From the NCBI RefSeq assembly GCF_052425735.1, contig NC_135767.1, forward strand, positions 14,880,001 to 14,944,000: a DNA stretch of 64,000 nt, in the 5' to 3' direction. Below are positions 61,068 to 64,000 of the stretch, piece by piece. The notes beneath the pieces are model-generated. The model did no database searches, was not told the DNA's origin, and saw only the letters and a list, made by a program, of their open reading frames with translations. Source of the stretch: Oculina patagonica. Its lineage: Eukaryota. The position numbers and the translations under genes were made by a program. Each line of letters begins with the position of its first letter. Position 1 is the first letter of the stretch.

Positions 61068-61360
61068 AATTCTGAACGTTGTCGCTCCTTGTGTTCAATA
61101 GATTGCTTTCATATTTTAGATGACGCCTCTACCAGCTTTCAACTTAAGATAAAGGAGGCTATCCATATTCAAAAGGAACTACCTTGCCTCAATCAGCAAT
61201 TACACCATGTAAATCTAAAATTATCCTTCTAATTCACACATTTTCACGTTCTGTTGTTACTACTTGTCTTAATTAGCATTTTGTCTACTTTTTATTCAAC
61301 TCTCTGTGCTTTGTAAACTATTCAACTTAAGATGACAGATGCTCTGTCGAATGTCTTTAA
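61068..61360 (+). mobile_element. Penelope-like element 3' fragment (GIY-YIG endonuclease C-terminus)
   Basis: Reads SERCRSLCSIDCFHILDDASTSFQLKIKEAIHIQKELPCLNQQLHHVNLKLSF* (F.IL...L.IKEA.HI....P.LN motif), followed by aagatgacag...gtcgaa. Confidence 0.8.
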
Positions 61361-61814
61361 AACTTAAAAAAAATTGTCGTTTTTCTTAAAATATATACTT
61401 AATGCAATCACTGTACCTTAGCCAGCTGAACGCTTCGACTCCAATCCAGAGCTTAACTAATCTAAAAATTATTTTAACCGATATTGAGTAGAAAGCAAAT
61501 AATAGTATAGGAAATAAGGAGAACTGAGGCTAACAGCTTTTAACAAGCGCTGAGGTTTTGGGAATAATTAAAGGAAACCTAAAGAAACTAAGACAATTGC
61601 CCGGATGTACGTACATTCAGTATACTTTGTGCTATTTCAACACCTTTTAACACTTTTTTTAGGTTTTGGGAATCCGCGTTAGAGAAGGAAACAAAGTTTA
61701 ACAGAAAAAAGTTAAATGTACAGAAACTGTTGAAATCTTTATTTCCTTTTAAAGTTTTTGATCAGTTTCCTTTGTTTAAACGCAAAAAAGCATCCACAGC
61801 TTTAAATGCGCGAT

Positions 61815-62250
61815 ACAGTAAAAACCCGCGAGTAATTACATAACATTTAAAAACCTGTTAGACTAAAATTTGCAAATTAGACCCCATTTTTATGAGAACC
61901 TATTTAGCCTCAAATTTGGAAACAGGTTGTTATATTCAAAAATTGATTAAAAATGTTTACTTTTGGGAAATACGTTTGAACAAGGCATAATTTTGCATGT
62001 ATATAATGCCATATTCTAAATGAATTGTGCTTCATTTTTTACATAAGCACTCACTTATGTAGTATGAAAATTGTATACAAAAATAGGCCGAACGTATACC
62101 ACTAAAAGTTCTAGTAGCATCAATGTACAATTTCGTCACAAAATAAGAACTTATTAAGAACCTTAAAAGCCTAAATGTGTACTAACTAAAATTTAAATAA
62201 GAACCTGTTTAAGCTAACCTGGAAAAAATAGGTTCTTACTCGCGGGTTTC
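61815..62250. mobile_element. Decayed Tc1/mariner-type MITE
   Basis: tacagtaaaaacccgcgagtaa ... ttactcgcgggtttc; internal ataagaacct repeats. Confidence 0.55.
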
Positions 62251-62361
62251 GTTAGGTAGACTGTTGTTTCAAAACTGTCATTTGCGCTAAAAAACGCACC
62301 TGTAAAATGAAGCTTTATAATAGGACCTTGAACGTTATGCTTGATTTGTCTATCACGCTTA

Positions 62362-62482
62362 GGGACGGACCATTATGTTTTTGGAGGGGGGGATGAAAAA
62401 TATTGAAAAAAAAATCGAAAAAAAAAATGTTTGCAGAGGAAAATTTTTCATCCCCCCCTCCAAGAAAATAATGGTCCGTCCC
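62362..62482. mobile_element. PIF/Harbinger-type MITE, TTA TSD
   Basis: TTA|GGGACGGACCATTAT...ATAATGGTCCGTCCC|TTA. Confidence 0.85.
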
Positions 62483-62956
62483 TTACGTATACAGTTTCGT
62501 GTGAAATAAAACAAGGGAATTTTATTTGTGCAGGAAGTGCAGAAGATCAAAACGCACATGTTTTAGTGTTTTTGTTACAGCCAAAATTAAAGGCGTTATC
62601 GTAGGTTCCTTTCTTGATCTTGAAAGGCACATGCCCACCTTTCATTAGTCTGTATTTTCTTCATTTAAAAAAAACATTAACTATTACAAGCGCTTAAAAA
62701 ATACCTCTATAAGTGTACAGTTGAAAACTTCAATTATTTTGCACAGCTTTCAGTGACCTTTACACAAAAATGGATATATAGAAGTCTTAATAATATTTTA
62801 ATCAAAGTTTGAAGTTTTCAAAATGAACTTTTCCGTACCTCTGATGTTTTTTTTAGTAATAGTAATGGTAGAAGAAGTTAAAATATATTTTTAGGTAGTT
62901 TTTCTGAGAATTAGAGTATGTACTAGTATGTAGTAGTATGTAATTTTTAATAAGCA

Positions 62957-63389
62957 AGAGAGACTCATTCTAAACGATGCAACCATGATGCACAAGTGCA
63001 ATAACAAACTTGTTCCAGACTATATTGTCGATATGTTTAAACTACGTTCCCATGTCCATAATAGACAAACTCGATCGTCTAGTGCCTTGGATATACCCTT
63101 ATGCCGCCTGCCCACAGGACAACGCTCTTTTACCTACAGAGGAGCTAAACTCTGGAACTCTTTTAATAGTAATATCAAGTCTTTAAAATGCCCGAGGAAT
63201 TTTAGGCGCCATTTCGCAAATGTATTATTAGGTTATTTTTTTACATTTAGAATATTTTTGACATATTTATTGTAATAATAATTATACGTATATTCTTAAT
63301 TAATCTAAATTTTGAAATTTTTAATCTGTATTTGTAATTTTATTATATTGAGCTGAAAAACCCTTTTTAAGGAGTGTCAATAAAGTATG
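62957..63389 (+). mobile_element. 5'-truncated LINE (CR1/L2 group) 3' end
   Basis: MMHKC..KLVPDY...F..RS.VH.RQTR....LDIP..RL.TGQRSF.YRGAKLWNS motif; aataaa plus GTAT tail; flanked by a ~33-bp direct repeat. Confidence 0.82.
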
Positions 63390-64000
63390 TAGTATGTAGT
63401 AGTATGTAATTTTTATTAAGCAAAAACGTGTAAGGTTATTAAAACTTACTGAGCAGTTTTGGAATATATAATTATTTGCTGATCACTGGCTGTTAAATAA
63501 AGCTATCAGTACAGAAGAATTCCAATTTCTCGTTTCCCTTTTTTCCAGGGGAAAAAATTGCATTGAGAAATCGGGAGGTTCTAGAGAACGAAAACATCGA
63601 AAATGTAGAAATAGACTTAATAAAGCAAGAATGGCTAAGAAGTAAGATGATTTGAATTAAGTGTCCCTTTCCTTGAAATAGCTATTTCGATCATCGCAAC
63701 AATGTTTTAAAAATTTGATCAATTTTGATATTGGCCGAGTTAATTATAATATTGACTGATTAAAGAAGAAACAACTGCATGAGAGGTTGTCTGCAAATGT
63801 TCAGTTTCATTTATTTCCTTTTCAGAGCAGTTTTGGAAGACTTGAAAGTACATGCCACTTTGTTTGCAAAACAGGGACATTCTCTTCCTTCGCGCAAATC
63901 TAAAGACAATGGAATGACAAACAAATGTTCAGAAAATGAAACGAAAGATAACGCTTTTAGTTTCACATTACTGTTGTTTCATCGGAGACTGATAACAAAC

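Overview
AT-rich eukaryotic DNA, most likely a stony coral or other anthozoan (inferred from the GPCR family type, a tRNA-derived SINE and the MITE families). The window is a tandem, all-plus-strand array of intronless class A (rhodopsin-like) GPCR genes in active birth-and-death. It holds 6 intact genes (ATG at 9260, 22849, 40119, 51412, 55397, 59118), 1 nonsense-truncated copy (4484), 3 frameshifted copies (12121, 20021, 44423), 2 decayed copies (3737, 6255) and several terminal fragments. Most copies carry a conserved ~1.2-1.5 kb upstream cassette, and the receptors fall into ~4 subtypes that differ at the extracellular end of TM3. The array is heavily colonised by transposons. These include an 8.5 kb Sola3-like DNA transposon (24691-33205) with ~875 bp TIRs, TTAA TSD and a spliced, lesioned transposase; a palindromic IS3EU derivative with a nested hAT MITE; a multi-level nest at 14964-19845; piggyBac-, Tc1/pogo- and Harbinger-type MITEs; a SINE; and LINE and Penelope 3' fragments. 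A recent segmental duplication (21.5-34.0 kb vs 43.1-49.6 kb) supplies empty-site controls. There is one assembly gap (8697-8841). All calls were made by eye; no database searches were run.
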